A stretch of DNA of 64,000 nt from Nostoc sp. (GCA_036918135.1 JBALDB010000015.1:32001-96000); one strand, 5' to 3'. Counted from the stretch's first letter, positions 41,313-52,595 are shown. Notes: generated by a model from the sequence alone, not told the origin. Program-made: numbers and translations.

Positions 41313-42611
41313 TTACCTTTGATTCCACTGTTGTGCAGCATCTTCTACCGCTTTATCTACTGTTTTCTCGCCTAACATTGCTGCTTGTAAGTTCTCATAA
41401 ACTGCTTTTTGCAGTTGATTAAAATCTTTCAAAGTGGGAGTTAATATTTCTGCGTGTTGTAATTCCTTAGCACTGATGACTCGCGCTTTTTCTATTGTTG
41501 AAGCATTAGCTGGAACATCTTTAAAATAGCTGTCAGACAATGCTTTGACTGTAGAGGGTAATACATTCGCGGCTTTTGCAAAGGCTAACTGATTTTCGTC
41601 ATTGGTGACAAATAAAGCAAACTTCACGGCGGCGTCTGGTTGTTTGCTGTCGCGGGGAATAACTATGTTCATCACGGCAACATTTTTCTTACCTGTATCG
41701 CCGGTGAGTTGGGGCGCTATTTCTGAAGCTTGAGCAATTTTCGGGGCATTATTAGCGATCGCTTTGAGAAACTCTGGCCCAGAAGCTAGAAACACTGTTT
41801 CTCCAGATTGGTACAAATCAATCGCGTGGCGATGTCCTTGAGTCAAAGCCTCTTTAGGTAATAAGCCTTTTTTATACAAGTCTACCCAATACTGAAATGC
41901 TGCTTTCCCTTGTGGCGAATTAAACGCGGCTTTACCTTGGGCATCTATTAAAGTCACTCCCATCTGTACAAAAGATTCCAGTACTTCCCCGGAGTCTTGC
42001 GGTACAAATGTCACAAAAAAAGCATATTTTCCAGTCTTATCTTTAATTTGTTGCGCTATTTGTGCTAATTCTGCGTAAGTAGCAGGTGGTTTACTGATAC
42101 CTGCTTGTTTTAATAAATCAGTGTTATAAATGGTTAACCGCGTAGTGAGATACCAGGGAATTCCAAAACTCTTACCATTAAGCGTGGAAGATTCCCAAAT
42201 ATTCGGTAGATAGGAGGAACGTACATCATTTGGAACTTTCGTATCCAAATCTAACCAAGCATTACGTCCTGCAAGTTGAGACGCAAAACCGGGATTGAGG
42301 TTAACAACATCAGGTGGCGTTTTTCCTGAGACAGCTGCTAATATTTTGTTCTCCATTGCTGCCCAAGGTACATCAACCCAGTTAACCTTTATACCAGAAT
42401 TTTGCGATTCAAAATTTGTAATCAGGCCTTTGAAGTAGTCAGTAAATTGAGGTTGGAGTTGCATCGTCCAAAATTCAATCGTTGTCCCTCTTGAAGTAGC
42501 TTGTTTTGTATCCGTACCAACATTACCTGTACTGCAACTTACAATCCAACTAGTTAACAGGCCAAGCAGTAGTAAAGCAGTAAATTGTTTAAATTTTCGT
42601 AATTGAATCAT
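41313..42611 (-). CDS. Sugar ABC transporter substrate-binding lipoprotein
   Basis: Lipobox IVSC, FWTMQL, GIPWY, YNTDLL. Confidence 0.88.
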   Translation of the reverse strand: MIQLRKFKQFTALLLLGLLTSWIVSCSTGNVGTDTKQATSRGTTIEFWTMQLQPQFTDYFKGLITNFESQNSGIKVNWVDVPWAAMENKILAAVSGKTPPDVVNLNPGFASQLAGRNAWLDLDTKVPNDVRSSYLPNIWESSTLNGKSFGIPWYLTTRLTIYNTDLLKQAGISKPPATYAELAQIAQQIKDKTGKYAFFVTFVPQDSGEVLESFVQMGVTLIDAQGKAAFNSPQGKAAFQYWVDLYKKGLLPKEALTQGHRHAIDLYQSGETVFLASGPEFLKAIANNAPKIAQASEIAPQLTGDTGKKNVAVMNIVIPRDSKQPDAAVKFALFVTNDENQLAFAKAANVLPSTVKALSDSYFKDVPANASTIEKARVISAKELQHAEILTPTLKDFNQLQKAVYENLQAAMLGEKTVDKAVEDAAQQWNQR

Positions 42612-42807
42612 TTTCCCAGTATTTTTACGCTTGATCGGGCTGAAAATCTTATGCAGAATTGACGAGATTATAGGCTAAATCAATTACCAGTATTAGAGAT
42701 AACTAGGGAATGGGGACTGGGGATCGGGGAAATAAGAGTAAAAATACTATTTTCCAATACCCAATACCCAATCTCCAATTCAATTTACCAGTCCAGCGGG
42801 CACAACT

Positions 42808-43914
42808 GTGGTGAAAAGCTTCAATAGTCTGTTTGGCAAATCAAATAAAGGGGTCGGCATTGAACTTGCTCCCGAACGGGTAAATATAGTTCAGCTACGC
42901 AAGCAGCGTCAAGGCTTGAAACTAGAAAACTTGACATCGGTAGCAGTTCCAGAAGGCGTAGTTACCGATGGTCAAATTACCGACCCTCCAGCAATGGCGC
43001 AGTTAATTCAGGAAGCGCTAGCCCAAAGCAAAATCAAAGCTTCTCGTGTTGCTACTGGTGTACCAGGGCGAGATTCTATCGTCCGTTTAATACCGGTGCC
43101 AGCAGAGTTAGATGACAAAGAACTGCGGGAAATGGTGCTAAACCATGAAGCAGGTTTGTATTTACCCTATCCTCGTGAAGAAGCTGATGTAGATTATCAG
43201 AAACTTGGGTACTTTGTGGATGAAGATGGCATTGAAAAAGTACAGGTACTCTTAGTTGCCACCCGCAAGGAGGTAACGGATACCTATATAAGTACATTTG
43301 AACAAGCAGGATTACAAATCGATGTTTTAGAAATTAACAGTTTTGCTCTGATTCGCACTATTCGCGAACAATTGCGACAATTTGGGCCGCAAGAAGCAGC
43401 AGTACTAGTTGATATAGAGTTTGACAGTACAGAAATTGCCATCATCGTTAACGGAGTACCGCAATTTTCCCGCACAGTACCTATAGGCACTTATCAAATG
43501 CAAACTGCTCTTGCTAGAGCAATGAGCTTACCCACATCGCGAGATATGGAACTGTTACAGGGGATGGTCATTACCCCAACTGTTATAGACGGTGGTAAAA
43601 CAGGCGTTACGGAACTCAATCCTGGGATGGCAGCCATCTTGAGAGTATTGGGAGAACTAACAGATGAATTGCGCCGTTCCATCGATTTTTACCTCAATCA
43701 AAGTGAAAATTTGGAGGTAGCGCAGATTTTATTAGCTGGGCCTGGAGGTGGACTCCAACAGCTTGATGAATTCTTTACCCAACGATTGAGCTTGCCAACT
43801 ATCCAAATAGATCCAATTGGGGCTTTGTCTTTGGAAGTCGATAGCGAGAAATATCCACAAGTACAACGCTCTGGGTTGGCGATTGTACTTGGTTTAGGAA
43901 TGCGGGAGGTGTAA
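42808..43914 (+). CDS. pilM: Type IV pilus assembly protein PilM
   Basis: Actin-like fold, ELRRSIDFY, LAGPGG, GLGMR; heads the pil operon. Confidence 0.93.
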   Translation: MVKSFNSLFGKSNKGVGIELAPERVNIVQLRKQRQGLKLENLTSVAVPEGVVTDGQITDPPAMAQLIQEALAQSKIKASRVATGVPGRDSIVRLIPVPAELDDKELREMVLNHEAGLYLPYPREEADVDYQKLGYFVDEDGIEKVQVLLVATRKEVTDTYISTFEQAGLQIDVLEINSFALIRTIREQLRQFGPQEAAVLVDIEFDSTEIAIIVNGVPQFSRTVPIGTYQMQTALARAMSLPTSRDMELLQGMVITPTVIDGGKTGVTELNPGMAAILRVLGELTDELRRSIDFYLNQSENLEVAQILLAGPGGGLQQLDEFFTQRLSLPTIQIDPIGALSLEVDSEKYPQVQRSGLAIVLGLGMREV

Positions 43915-43925
43915 TAACTAATTTT

Positions 43926-44027
43926 AGATTTGGGATTTTAATTTTGGATTGTCTATTTTGACAGTCACGCTTTTGAGATTTAGGATTTTAAATTCTGGAT
44001 TGTCTATTTTGACGATCGCACTGTTTG
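43926..44027. repeat. Imperfect tandem duplication of about 50 bp between pilM and pilN
   Basis: Two copies of agattt(g/a)ggatttta...tggattgtctattttgac. Confidence 0.8.
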
Positions 44028-44071
44028 AGAATTCTCAAACCATAATATTTTTCTTTAGTTGGTGTGAGAAA

Positions 44072-44845
44072 ATGTACAGTTTGGATGTTAACTTTCTTAA
44101 AGACCGCCCAGCTTACCAAACAAAGCCTGACAAAAAGAGAGGAATGGCTCTAAGCCTTCCTGGAGGAAATTTAACACCAGTCTATATCGGAGCTGCATTA
44201 GGTGTAGGTCTTCCAGGTTTATTCGGAGTTGCTTGGTGGTTATTGCAAGGAAAGATTGTTGAATTAGAGGGCACGATAGCACAACTAGACCAGGAAAGCA
44301 AAAGACTAGATACACAAATCGGCAACCTGAATCAAATCAAAGCAGAGACGAGCACAATTAAAGGGGAAACTCAAGCTTTAGTTACTGTATTTGACCAGAT
44401 TCGACCTTGGTCAGCAATGTTGCAAGATTTGCGCGATCGCATTCCCGCAGCAGTGCAAATTGAGAATATCAGGCAAATTCCACCTATTGCGGTGGCGGAA
44501 GGTCAGCCACCCAACAATCCGGCTGGGGGATTAGAAATTACCGGATTAGCTCGTTCCTTTAACGATGTCAATGATTTCTTATTGAGTTTGCAACAGTCTC
44601 AGTTTTTAAAGTCCTCAGAAAGCAGAATTATTACTGCAACCTTAGTAGATGCCCCAGTTACATCGGGTGTAGCTGCGATTCCTGGTGTAATAATTAAGCC
44701 GCCCCAAGTCGTTAAATACACTATTCAATCTACTATGAACGATGTTCCAGCTTCAGAATTAATTCGGGAGTTGGAGAAAAAAGGCACAGTGGGGTTAGTA
44801 GCTCGAATTCGTACTATGCAACAAACAGGAGTCATTTCAAAATGA
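44072..44845 (+). CDS. pilN: Type IV pilus assembly protein PilN
   Basis: MYSLDVNFLKDR (INLL-like motif), TM, coiled coil; ATG 44072. Confidence 0.9.
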   Translation: MYSLDVNFLKDRPAYQTKPDKKRGMALSLPGGNLTPVYIGAALGVGLPGLFGVAWWLLQGKIVELEGTIAQLDQESKRLDTQIGNLNQIKAETSTIKGETQALVTVFDQIRPWSAMLQDLRDRIPAAVQIENIRQIPPIAVAEGQPPNNPAGGLEITGLARSFNDVNDFLLSLQQSQFLKSSESRIITATLVDAPVTSGVAAIPGVIIKPPQVVKYTIQSTMNDVPASELIRELEKKGTVGLVARIRTMQQTGVISK

Positions 44846-45606
44846 CGCTGAGTGATGATTTAAATTTTGCCGAACAAGCTGGAGAATTCGATGCACAAAC
44901 CCCAGCTTACCCCGTAGTATTAGGCATCGCTTTCACACCAAAAATTATTGGTATTTTATTAGGGCTAATTGGTATAGCAGGAGCAGGATATATATTATTA
45001 AACCTGTTGATGCCAGCTTGGGAAAGCTATCAGCAACAGCAAGCAAAAGCCTCCGAACTCCAAGGGCAAATCGAGCAAAAGAAACTTAATATCAAACAGA
45101 TTGATAAACTTAAAGAGGAACTAGCACAGGCAAAACAGCAAAAAGTTCAAGTTTTAGGCTTATTTGCTAATGAAAAAACTTTAGATACATTGCTGTTAGA
45201 TGTGAATCGCTTAGTTGAATCTGGTAATGCTCAAACTCCGATTAATGGAGTCAGAGCCAAACTCAAGAAGTTTGTACCAGTTTCTCAAAAACCAGAACCA
45301 ATTACTGATGGAAGTTTGGGAAAACAAGTTGACGGCAAACTAGAACGCAGCAGTATCAGTGCCGAAATTACAGGAACTTATGAACAAACACAATCAATAA
45401 TTCGTAACATTGAGCGTTTACAGCCTTTGTTGATAGTTAAAGATTATCAATCAACTTTAGCTCCATTAGAGGTTAGATCCCCACTAGATAAAACACCAGT
45501 GAAAGTGGGGCCAACAGAGATTAATACATCATTCCAATTACAGGCATTGATGCCACTTAGTCCTGAAGAAATAGCGGCGGCAGCTAAAACTGCTGCCAAA
45601 AAGTAA
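44842..45606 (+). CDS. pilO: Type IV pilus assembly protein PilO
   Basis: TM plus coiled coil, GTYEQTQSIIRNIERL; ATGA overlap with pilN. Confidence 0.85.
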   Translation: MTLSDDLNFAEQAGEFDAQTPAYPVVLGIAFTPKIIGILLGLIGIAGAGYILLNLLMPAWESYQQQQAKASELQGQIEQKKLNIKQIDKLKEELAQAKQQKVQVLGLFANEKTLDTLLLDVNRLVESGNAQTPINGVRAKLKKFVPVSQKPEPITDGSLGKQVDGKLERSSISAEITGTYEQTQSIIRNIERLQPLLIVKDYQSTLAPLEVRSPLDKTPVKVGPTEINTSFQLQALMPLSPEEIAAAAKTAAKK

Positions 45607-45611
45607 TTAGG

Positions 45612-45725
45612 GGTTATGAGTTATGAGTTATGAGTTATGAACTATAAGTTACGAGCTATTATTTGTAACTATTCAATCCTAACTCTTCACTCCTAACTAA
45701 ATTATTCTTAACTCCTTACTTTTAA
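45612..45725. repeat. STRR heptamer tract (GTTATGA)n and CTCCTAA-like units
   Basis: gttatgagttatgagttatgagttatga. Confidence 0.8.
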
Positions 45726-45795
45726 AACTCAACACTCATAGCCAACTGCCCAAAAATGTTTGTCAACAAGGTTTTATTTAGGTGAGGAATGAACT

Positions 45796-48174
45796 GTGAA
45801 ACAGCTTCACGGTAAGAATTTTATATTAGGTACTGCGGCTTTTGTCTTTTTGGCAGCTCAACCGGCTTGGGCACAAATGGCTCAAGTTACTAATGTGCAG
45901 TTAAATCCAGCTAATGGTGGAGTTAGCGTTGTTTTGAAAACTTCTTCAGGGTCGCGTCCCCAAGTTTTCACTACAAAAAGAGGTAAATCTTTAGTTGCAG
46001 ACATTATTAATACTCAATTACGATTACCACAAGGTAATAGTTTTCGTCAAGATAGTCCAGCGCCGGGAATTGCTTCGGTTGAGGTTAGTCAACTTGATGC
46101 CAATAGTGTCAGAGTGACGGTAACTGGTAGCAACAATACACCTAGTAGCCAACCAGCAGTGCGATCGCCAAATGGAATTACACTCAGCTTTAGCCCATCT
46201 TCTGGCACCACTGCTGCCTCACCAACGCCAATAACACCAATATCCACACCATCCCCTGCTTCTACCCCTGCCCAACCAAGTCAAAAGCCAGACATTCTCG
46301 TTCCCAACCCCCAAGTAACCATTGACGGACAACCTGCACAAGCTGCTGGCCCGGGTCAACCTGTGAGTCAGGCTCCACCTTTCTTACCCAGAGCCGTCGC
46401 CCCGCCAGTGGGAGATATTGCTATTTCCGCTACCGATGCTTCTCCTAGCAGCATTGACTTAGGAACTCAGGAACGTGTACCCCGTTTAGTACTGCGAGAT
46501 GCGCCGGTGCGTGAGGTTTTATCATTGCTTGCCCGTGCGGCTAATCTCAACCTGGCTTATGTTGGAAGCGAGCAAGGTGGTGGAGGTCAGCAAGGTGCTA
46601 CTGCATCAGCAACCTCTCAAACAATCTCTTTAGATATAGAAAACGAGCCAGTGCAAGATGTATTTAACTACGTCTTGCGCTTGAGTGGTTTAGAAGCTAA
46701 CCGCAGTAATCGCACAGTTTTTGTTGGGCCGAAACTACCTAATGCGACCCGTGACATGATTATGCGTAGCCTGCGACTTAATCAGGTATCAGTGGGAGTG
46801 GCTCTGAACTTTTTAGTCGGCTTGGGGGCAGAAAGTGCCGTTAGCCGCGAACGACAAGTTACCAGTGTTAGTGCCGTACCTGTAGGTAATGGAGTTGCTC
46901 CTATTACTCAAACTCAGACGACGACGGAAAGTAGAGTTGAAACCCAACGCGTTAATTTTACAGACTCTAGCCCATTACTTAGAGGTTTACAGGCATTGGG
47001 AGACGAGCGCACCAATTCTCTAACTTTGATCGGGCCTCCCAGACTAGTTGAGATGGCAATGTCTCAACTAACTCAGCTTGATATCCGGCGTCGTCAAGTG
47101 GTAGTCAACGTCAAGATTATTGATGTTAACCTCTTGAATACCCAAGACTACAACACTAGCTTTTCCTTTGGAGTTGGTAACAACTACTTTACGAATGACG
47201 GTGGTGCAGCATCTCTAAATTTTGGCGGTTCGAGACCAGCTACAAGAGCTGAAGCGTCAACCAGTATCACTACTACACCTACAACTGCTAATCCACTTCA
47301 AGGCTCAAATGTTTTTATAGACCCAAATACAGGAACAGCTACCGCTGGCGTAAACTCTAATCCTACACAACCAGGTATTACAGCATTTACACCAGGAACA
47401 AGTACAACTGCAATTGTCCCAACAGCGATCGATCCTGTTACTGGTACACCGACTCAGTTTCAGCAGCAAACCACGACAACCCCTGCAACAACCACATACG
47501 CGTTGCCTACCATATTCCAGTTCCCTAAGCGTCTTCTTGCCAGCTTGCAGGCTCAAGTCCAAAATGGCAACGCCAAGATTTTGACAGACCCGACGTTGAT
47601 TGTGCAAGAAGGTCAAACCGCTAATGTAAACCTGACTCAGGAAGTTGTAGGCAATATTAAAAGGGAAATCGTTCGCGACGATAATCTTGCTACAGAAACG
47701 ATTTCAGCGGAAAAAGACCGAGTAGGTTTAACCTTAGCTGTTAAAATTGACCGAATTGATGATAATGGTTTTGTTTCTCTATCGGTAGCTCCTGTTGTCA
47801 AAGCACCCCAAGCTCCAGCTACTATCAATGTTGGAGGTGGTGGTAGCCAACAAATATTCTTAGTGTCTGAGCGCTCTCTTAATTCTGGCTCGATTCGTCT
47901 GCGAGATGGTCAGACTCTAATTCTTTCAGGTATCATTCAAGATGCTGACCGGACAACTGTCTCCAAGATTCCTATTTTGGGCGATCTTCCGCTTATTGGT
48001 TCGCTGTTTAGAAGTACAAACAGACAAAACCAGCGCAATGAGGTGATTGTGTTGCTTACACCTCAAATTATGGATGACTCTGAGAACTCCTCTTATGGCT
48101 ATAACTACACCCCTAGCCCACAGGTGCGGCAAATTCTTGAGCGTCGGGGCTTGAAGATTCCTACCGGACAATAA
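45796..48174 (+). CDS. pilQ: Type IV pilus secretin with N-terminal AMIN domain
   Basis: LRDAPVREVL, DERTNSL, KIPILGDLPLIGSLFR, IVLLTPQI. Confidence 0.93.
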   Translation: MKQLHGKNFILGTAAFVFLAAQPAWAQMAQVTNVQLNPANGGVSVVLKTSSGSRPQVFTTKRGKSLVADIINTQLRLPQGNSFRQDSPAPGIASVEVSQLDANSVRVTVTGSNNTPSSQPAVRSPNGITLSFSPSSGTTAASPTPITPISTPSPASTPAQPSQKPDILVPNPQVTIDGQPAQAAGPGQPVSQAPPFLPRAVAPPVGDIAISATDASPSSIDLGTQERVPRLVLRDAPVREVLSLLARAANLNLAYVGSEQGGGGQQGATASATSQTISLDIENEPVQDVFNYVLRLSGLEANRSNRTVFVGPKLPNATRDMIMRSLRLNQVSVGVALNFLVGLGAESAVSRERQVTSVSAVPVGNGVAPITQTQTTTESRVETQRVNFTDSSPLLRGLQALGDERTNSLTLIGPPRLVEMAMSQLTQLDIRRRQVVVNVKIIDVNLLNTQDYNTSFSFGVGNNYFTNDGGAASLNFGGSRPATRAEASTSITTTPTTANPLQGSNVFIDPNTGTATAGVNSNPTQPGITAFTPGTSTTAIVPTAIDPVTGTPTQFQQQTTTTPATTTYALPTIFQFPKRLLASLQAQVQNGNAKILTDPTLIVQEGQTANVNLTQEVVGNIKREIVRDDNLATETISAEKDRVGLTLAVKIDRIDDNGFVSLSVAPVVKAPQAPATINVGGGGSQQIFLVSERSLNSGSIRLRDGQTLILSGIIQDADRTTVSKIPILGDLPLIGSLFRSTNRQNQRNEVIVLLTPQIMDDSENSSYGYNYTPSPQVRQILERRGLKIPTGQ

Positions 48175-48267
48175 AGAGTAAGTGAGTCAACTCTGACTCA
48201 AATCCTCCCTACTTACTGTCAAGCAGTTCATAGTTAAATCCTGCTCGTTCTAAATCACAGAGTTTAT

Positions 48268-48298
48268 TTGACTTCCCACGGCTTCAAGCTGTGGGATT
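48268..48298. mobile_element. Isolated IS200/IS605-type terminal hairpin
   Basis: TTGACttCCCACGGCttcaaGCTGTGGGatt. Confidence 0.5.
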
Positions 48299-48516
48299 AT
48301 TGTCTCGTCTAACCCATTTGTCTGAACAGGAGAAATAGTGATTTGAAAAAACGTGAGTTTTCAGCTTGTCAGCCAAGATTCAACAGATGATGTTCTGACT
48401 TGTTTAACTTTTGACTTGCTTATACACTGCCCACTTTATGATAGTAAGGCACTGCACAACATCAAAGGCGATCGCCTGATGGCATACCATTGAGATAGTT
48501 AGCAGTTAGTAATTCC

Positions 48517-48708
48517 ATGAGTATTCGTCAAGAATTTATAAGTGCGATTGAGCAACTAAATAATGACTAGTTAACAGTACTACTGGATTTGGCTCTTTGG
48601 CTCAAGAGTGGGAAAAAATCTGTTAATTCTATTGTTGAATTTCAGGCTTATCAGAATTGGGTAAGTTCTGAAAATGACATTTACGAGGAAGTATTTGCTA
48701 ATGAGTAG
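48517..48708 (+). pseudogene. Small antitoxin-like ORF with internal TAG
   Basis: MSIRQEFISAIEQLNND*LTVLLDLALWLKSGKKSVNSIVEFQAYQNWVSSENDIYEEVFANE*. Confidence 0.5.
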
Positions 48709-48824
48709 GTTGGGGAGCTACTGCCTTAGAAAGGTTTCGTGACAATCGTGCAAGTGGCGTTTGAGGAACAAAACCCAACATTATCAAGACTGTGTTCAAT
48801 TTCACTGTCGCTCAACCCAACTTA
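48705..48824. repeat. GTAG-type REP-like doublet with nested small repeat
   Basis: GTAGGTTGGG[46-bp insert]TTGAGGAACAAAACCCAACA ... CTCAACCCAACTTA. Confidence 0.6.
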
Positions 48825-48966
48825 TTTTTCTTGTTAACTAAAAAACCGTATTGGCTTTTACCTGATTTCAGAATAAATACTACCGAAACTCCCAAAATTT
48901 TGGAAAATAATAAAGGAAGTGAGTATCACAAGACTCACTTGATTTCCTCATTTATTCTAGGAAAAT

Positions 48967-51900
48967 ATGACTCATCCTTTCCTTGAACGCTTGCGTAGTC
49001 CAGATAGCCCAGTTCTTGTCTTCGACGGGGCCATGGGAACCAACCTGCAAACGCAAAACCTCACAGCAGAAGACTTTGGCGGCGCACAATATGAAGGTTG
49101 TAACGAATACCTAGTCCATAGCAAACCCGAAGCTGTGGCTAAAGTTCACCGCGACTTTCTCGCCGCTGGTGCTGATGTGATTGAAACGGATACCTTCGGC
49201 AGTACGTCCATTGTACTGACAGAATATGACTTGGCAGACAAAGCTTACTACCTCAGCAAGACAGCCGCAGAACTCGCCAAGCGTGTCGCTGCGGAGTTTT
49301 CTACTCCCGAAAAACCCCGGTTTGTGGCTGGTTCTATCGGCCCGACAACTAAACTCCCTACCTTGGGACATATTGACTTTGACACCATGAAAGCGTCTTT
49401 TGCCGAACAAGCAGAAGCGCTGTGGGATGGTGGTGTCGATTTATTTATTGTGGAAACTTGCCAAGATGTGCTGCAAATCAAAGCAGCGCTGAATGGGATT
49501 GAAGAAGTGTTTGCTAAAAAGGGCGATCGCCGTCCGTTGATGGTGTCTGTGACAATGGAAAGTATGGGCACAATGTTGGTGGGTTCAGAAATCAGCGCTG
49601 TGCTGACAATTTTAGAACCTTATCCAATTGACATTCTCGGTCTCAACTGCGCCACAGGCCCAGACTTGATGAAACCACATATCAAGTATCTAGCAGAACA
49701 TTCACCTTTTATTGTTTCCTGTATTCCTAATGCGGGTTTACCTGAGAATGTCGGCGGTCAAGCACACTACCGTTTGACTCCGTTGGAATTACGGATGGCA
49801 TTGATGCATTTCGTTGAAGATTTGGGTGTCCAAGTGATAGGGGGTTGCTGTGGGACACGTCCAGAACACATTCAACAATTAGCAGAAGTCGCCAAAGACT
49901 TGAAGCCAAAAGTTAGACATCCGAGTTTAGAACCAGCAGCAGCATCAATTTACGCTACTCAGGTATACGAGCAAGATAATTCTTTCTTAATTATCGGCGA
50001 ACGGCTCAACGCTAGTGGTTCTAAGAAGTGCCGCGATTTACTGAATGCTGAAGATTGGGATGGACTCGTCTCAATGGCAAGGGTGCAAGTCAAAGAAGGC
50101 GCACACATCCTTGATGTCAACGTCGATTATGTCGGACGTGACGGCGTGCGGGATATGCACGAACTAGTTTCGCGTCTTGTTAATAATGTGACATTACCTT
50201 TGATGCTTGACTCCACCGAATGGGAAAAAATGGAGGCAGGTTTAAAGGTTGCTGGCGGTAAGTGCTTACTTAACTCCACTAACTACGAAGACGGCGAACC
50301 GCGCTTTTTGAAAGTACTAGAATTGACGAAAAAGTACGGTGCTGGCGTCGTTATTGGTACTATTGACGAAGAAGGGATGGCACGGACAGCCGAGAAAAAG
50401 TTTCAAATTGCCCAACGCGCTTACCATCAAGCTGTAGAATACGGCATCCCTGCCACTGAAATATTCTTTGATACCTTAGCTCTACCAATTTCTACGGGGA
50501 TTGAAGAAGACCGAGAAAATGGCAAAGCCACCATTGAAGCCATTCGACGCATTCGCCAAGAATTACCTGGATGTCATGTAGTTTTAGGTGTTTCTAATAT
50601 TTCCTTCGGTTTGAATCCCGCAGCCCGGATAGTGCTGAACTCAGTGTTTTTACACGAGGCGACAACAGTGGGAATGGATGCAGCAATTGTCAGTGCTAAC
50701 AAGATTCTACCGTTGTCCAAAATTGAAGAACGTCACCAAGAAATCTGTCGTCAATTGATTTATGACCAGCGGAAATTTGAGGGTGATGTTTGTGTTTATG
50801 ACCCCTTGGCAGAGCTTACCACAGTATTTGCAGGAGTGATGACAAAACGCGATCGCTCCTTAGATGAAAGTCTCCCCATCCAAGAACGCCTCAAACGTCA
50901 TATCATTGACGGCGAACGCATTGGCTTAGAAGAAAATCTCACGAAAGCCTTAGAACAGTATCCCCCCTTAGAAATTATTAATACCTTCTTGCTAGATGGC
51001 ATGAAAGTTGTTGGGGAATTATTCGGTTCTGGACAAATGCAGTTACCTTTCGTTTTACAATCTGCCGAAACCATGAAATCGGCGGTGGCGTATTTAGAAC
51101 CGTTCATGGAAAAATCAGAATCAGGCAATAATGCCAAGGGAACCTTTATCATTGCCACAGTCAAAGGCGATGTCCACGACATTGGTAAAAACTTAGTGGA
51201 CATCATCTTGTCCAACAACGGCTACAAAGTAGTTAACCTGGGAATTAAACAGCCGGTGGAAAACATCATTCAAGCTTACCAGCAGCATCAAGCTGATTGT
51301 ATTGCCATGAGTGGTTTGCTAGTGAAATCCACCGCCTTCATGAAAGAGAATTTGGAAGTATTTAACGAAAAGGGAATTACCGTACCTGTGATTTTAGGCG
51401 GTGCGGCTTTGACTCCCAAATTTGTCCATGAAGATTGCCAAAACACCTATAAAGGTAAAGTAGTTTATGGCAAAGATGCCTTTTCTGACTTGCACTTCAT
51501 GGATAAACTAATACCCGCGAAGACTACAGGTAACTGGAATGATTTGCAAGGATTTTTAAACGAAGTTGCAACTTCTGAAATTTTGACAAATGGTCACAAA
51601 AAATCAGCAACCACTATTCAGGAAACAGTATTTACAGAATCAAAAGAGATAGATACTCGGCGTTCTGAGGCAGTAACCATAGATATTGAACGCCCAACAC
51701 CACCTTTCTGGGGAACACAACTATTACAGCCTAATGATATTCCTGTAGAGGAAGTATTCTGGTACTTAGATTTGCAGGCATTGATAGCTGGACAATGGCA
51801 ATTTCGCAAACCAAAAGAACAATCTAAGGAAGAATATGAAGCTTTTTTAGCTGAAAAAGTATACCCAGTTTTAGAAAGTTGGAAACAGCGGATTATTGAG

Positions 51901-52494
51901 GATAAATTATTGCATCCGCAAGGAATTTATGGTTATTTCCCTTGTCAAGCTGAAGGAAATTCTCTACACATATATAACTCAGAGAACCAATCACAACAGA
52001 TTGCAACTTTCGAGTTTCCCAGACAAAAGTCGTTAAGACGGCTATGCATAGCAGATTTCTTCGCACCAAAAGAGTCGGGAATTATTGATGTTTTCCCCAT
52101 GCAGGCGGTGACTGTAGGTGAAATTGCAACAGAATTTGCCCAAAAGCTCTTTGTAGATAATAAATACACTGATTATCTGTATTTTCACGGTATAGCTGTC
52201 CAGATGGCAGAGGCATTAGCAGAGTGGATACACGCTAGAATTCGTCGTGAATTAGGCTTTGGTGGTGAGGAACCGGGTAATATTCGGGATATATTGGCAC
52301 AACGCTATCGTGGTTCGCGGTATAGTTTTGGCTATCCTGCTTGTCCGAATATCCAAGACCAGTACAAGCAACTGGAGTTATTGCAGACTGACAGGATTAA
52401 CTTATATATGGATGAAAGCGAACAGCTTTATCCAGAACAGTCTACAACGGCGATTATTACTTATCACCCAGTAGCGAAGTACTTTAGCGCATAG
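48967..52494 (+). CDS. metH: Cobalamin-dependent methionine synthase
   Basis: [39 protein letters not shown]. Confidence 0.98.
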   Translation: MTHPFLERLRSPDSPVLVFDGAMGTNLQTQNLTAEDFGGAQYEGCNEYLVHSKPEAVAKVHRDFLAAGADVIETDTFGSTSIVLTEYDLADKAYYLSKTAAELAKRVAAEFSTPEKPRFVAGSIGPTTKLPTLGHIDFDTMKASFAEQAEALWDGGVDLFIVETCQDVLQIKAALNGIEEVFAKKGDRRPLMVSVTMESMGTMLVGSEISAVLTILEPYPIDILGLNCATGPDLMKPHIKYLAEHSPFIVSCIPNAGLPENVGGQAHYRLTPLELRMALMHFVEDLGVQVIGGCCGTRPEHIQQLAEVAKDLKPKVRHPSLEPAAASIYATQVYEQDNSFLIIGERLNASGSKKCRDLLNAEDWDGLVSMARVQVKEGAHILDVNVDYVGRDGVRDMHELVSRLVNNVTLPLMLDSTEWEKMEAGLKVAGGKCLLNSTNYEDGEPRFLKVLELTKKYGAGVVIGTIDEEGMARTAEKKFQIAQRAYHQAVEYGIPATEIFFDTLALPISTGIEEDRENGKATIEAIRRIRQELPGCHVVLGVSNISFGLNPAARIVLNSVFLHEATTVGMDAAIVSANKILPLSKIEERHQEICRQLIYDQRKFEGDVCVYDPLAELTTVFAGVMTKRDRSLDESLPIQERLKRHIIDGERIGLEENLTKALEQYPPLEIINTFLLDGMKVVGELFGSGQMQLPFVLQSAETMKSAVAYLEPFMEKSESGNNAKGTFIIATVKGDVHDIGKNLVDIILSNNGYKVVNLGIKQPVENIIQAYQQHQADCIAMSGLLVKSTAFMKENLEVFNEKGITVPVILGGAALTPKFVHEDCQNTYKGKVVYGKDAFSDLHFMDKLIPAKTTGNWNDLQGFLNEVATSEILTNGHKKSATTIQETVFTESKEIDTRRSEAVTIDIERPTPPFWGTQLLQPNDIPVEEVFWYLDLQALIAGQWQFRKPKEQSKEEYEAFLAEKVYPVLESWKQRIIEDKLLHPQGIYGYFPCQAEGNSLHIYNSENQSQQIATFEFPRQKSLRRLCIADFFAPKESGIIDVFPMQAVTVGEIATEFAQKLFVDNKYTDYLYFHGIAVQMAEALAEWIHARIRRELGFGGEEPGNIRDILAQRYRGSRYSFGYPACPNIQDQYKQLELLQTDRINLYMDESEQLYPEQSTTAIITYHPVAKYFSA

Positions 52495-52565
52495 AATTTC
52501 ATACTCTCCTTGCTTGTGAAGAGTAGAAATTATAGGAGTTCTCAGTTGCACGTATAAGTTTTTCA

Positions 52566-52595
52566 TAGGGACGTACAGCTAGCTGTACGTCCCTA
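52566..52595. repeat. Perfect 30-bp palindrome (REP-like)
   Basis: tagggacgtacagct|agctgtacgtcccta. Confidence 0.85.

Noticed and set aside
43949..44071. N-terminal extension of PilN in the ORF track
   Set aside because: Derived from the tandem repeat; the conserved PilN start is ATG 44072
48175..48966. Cobalamin or SAM riboswitch before metH; 64-aa ORF 48792-48986
   Set aside because: No B12-box or SAM-I core recognised; the region is explained by repeats and remnants
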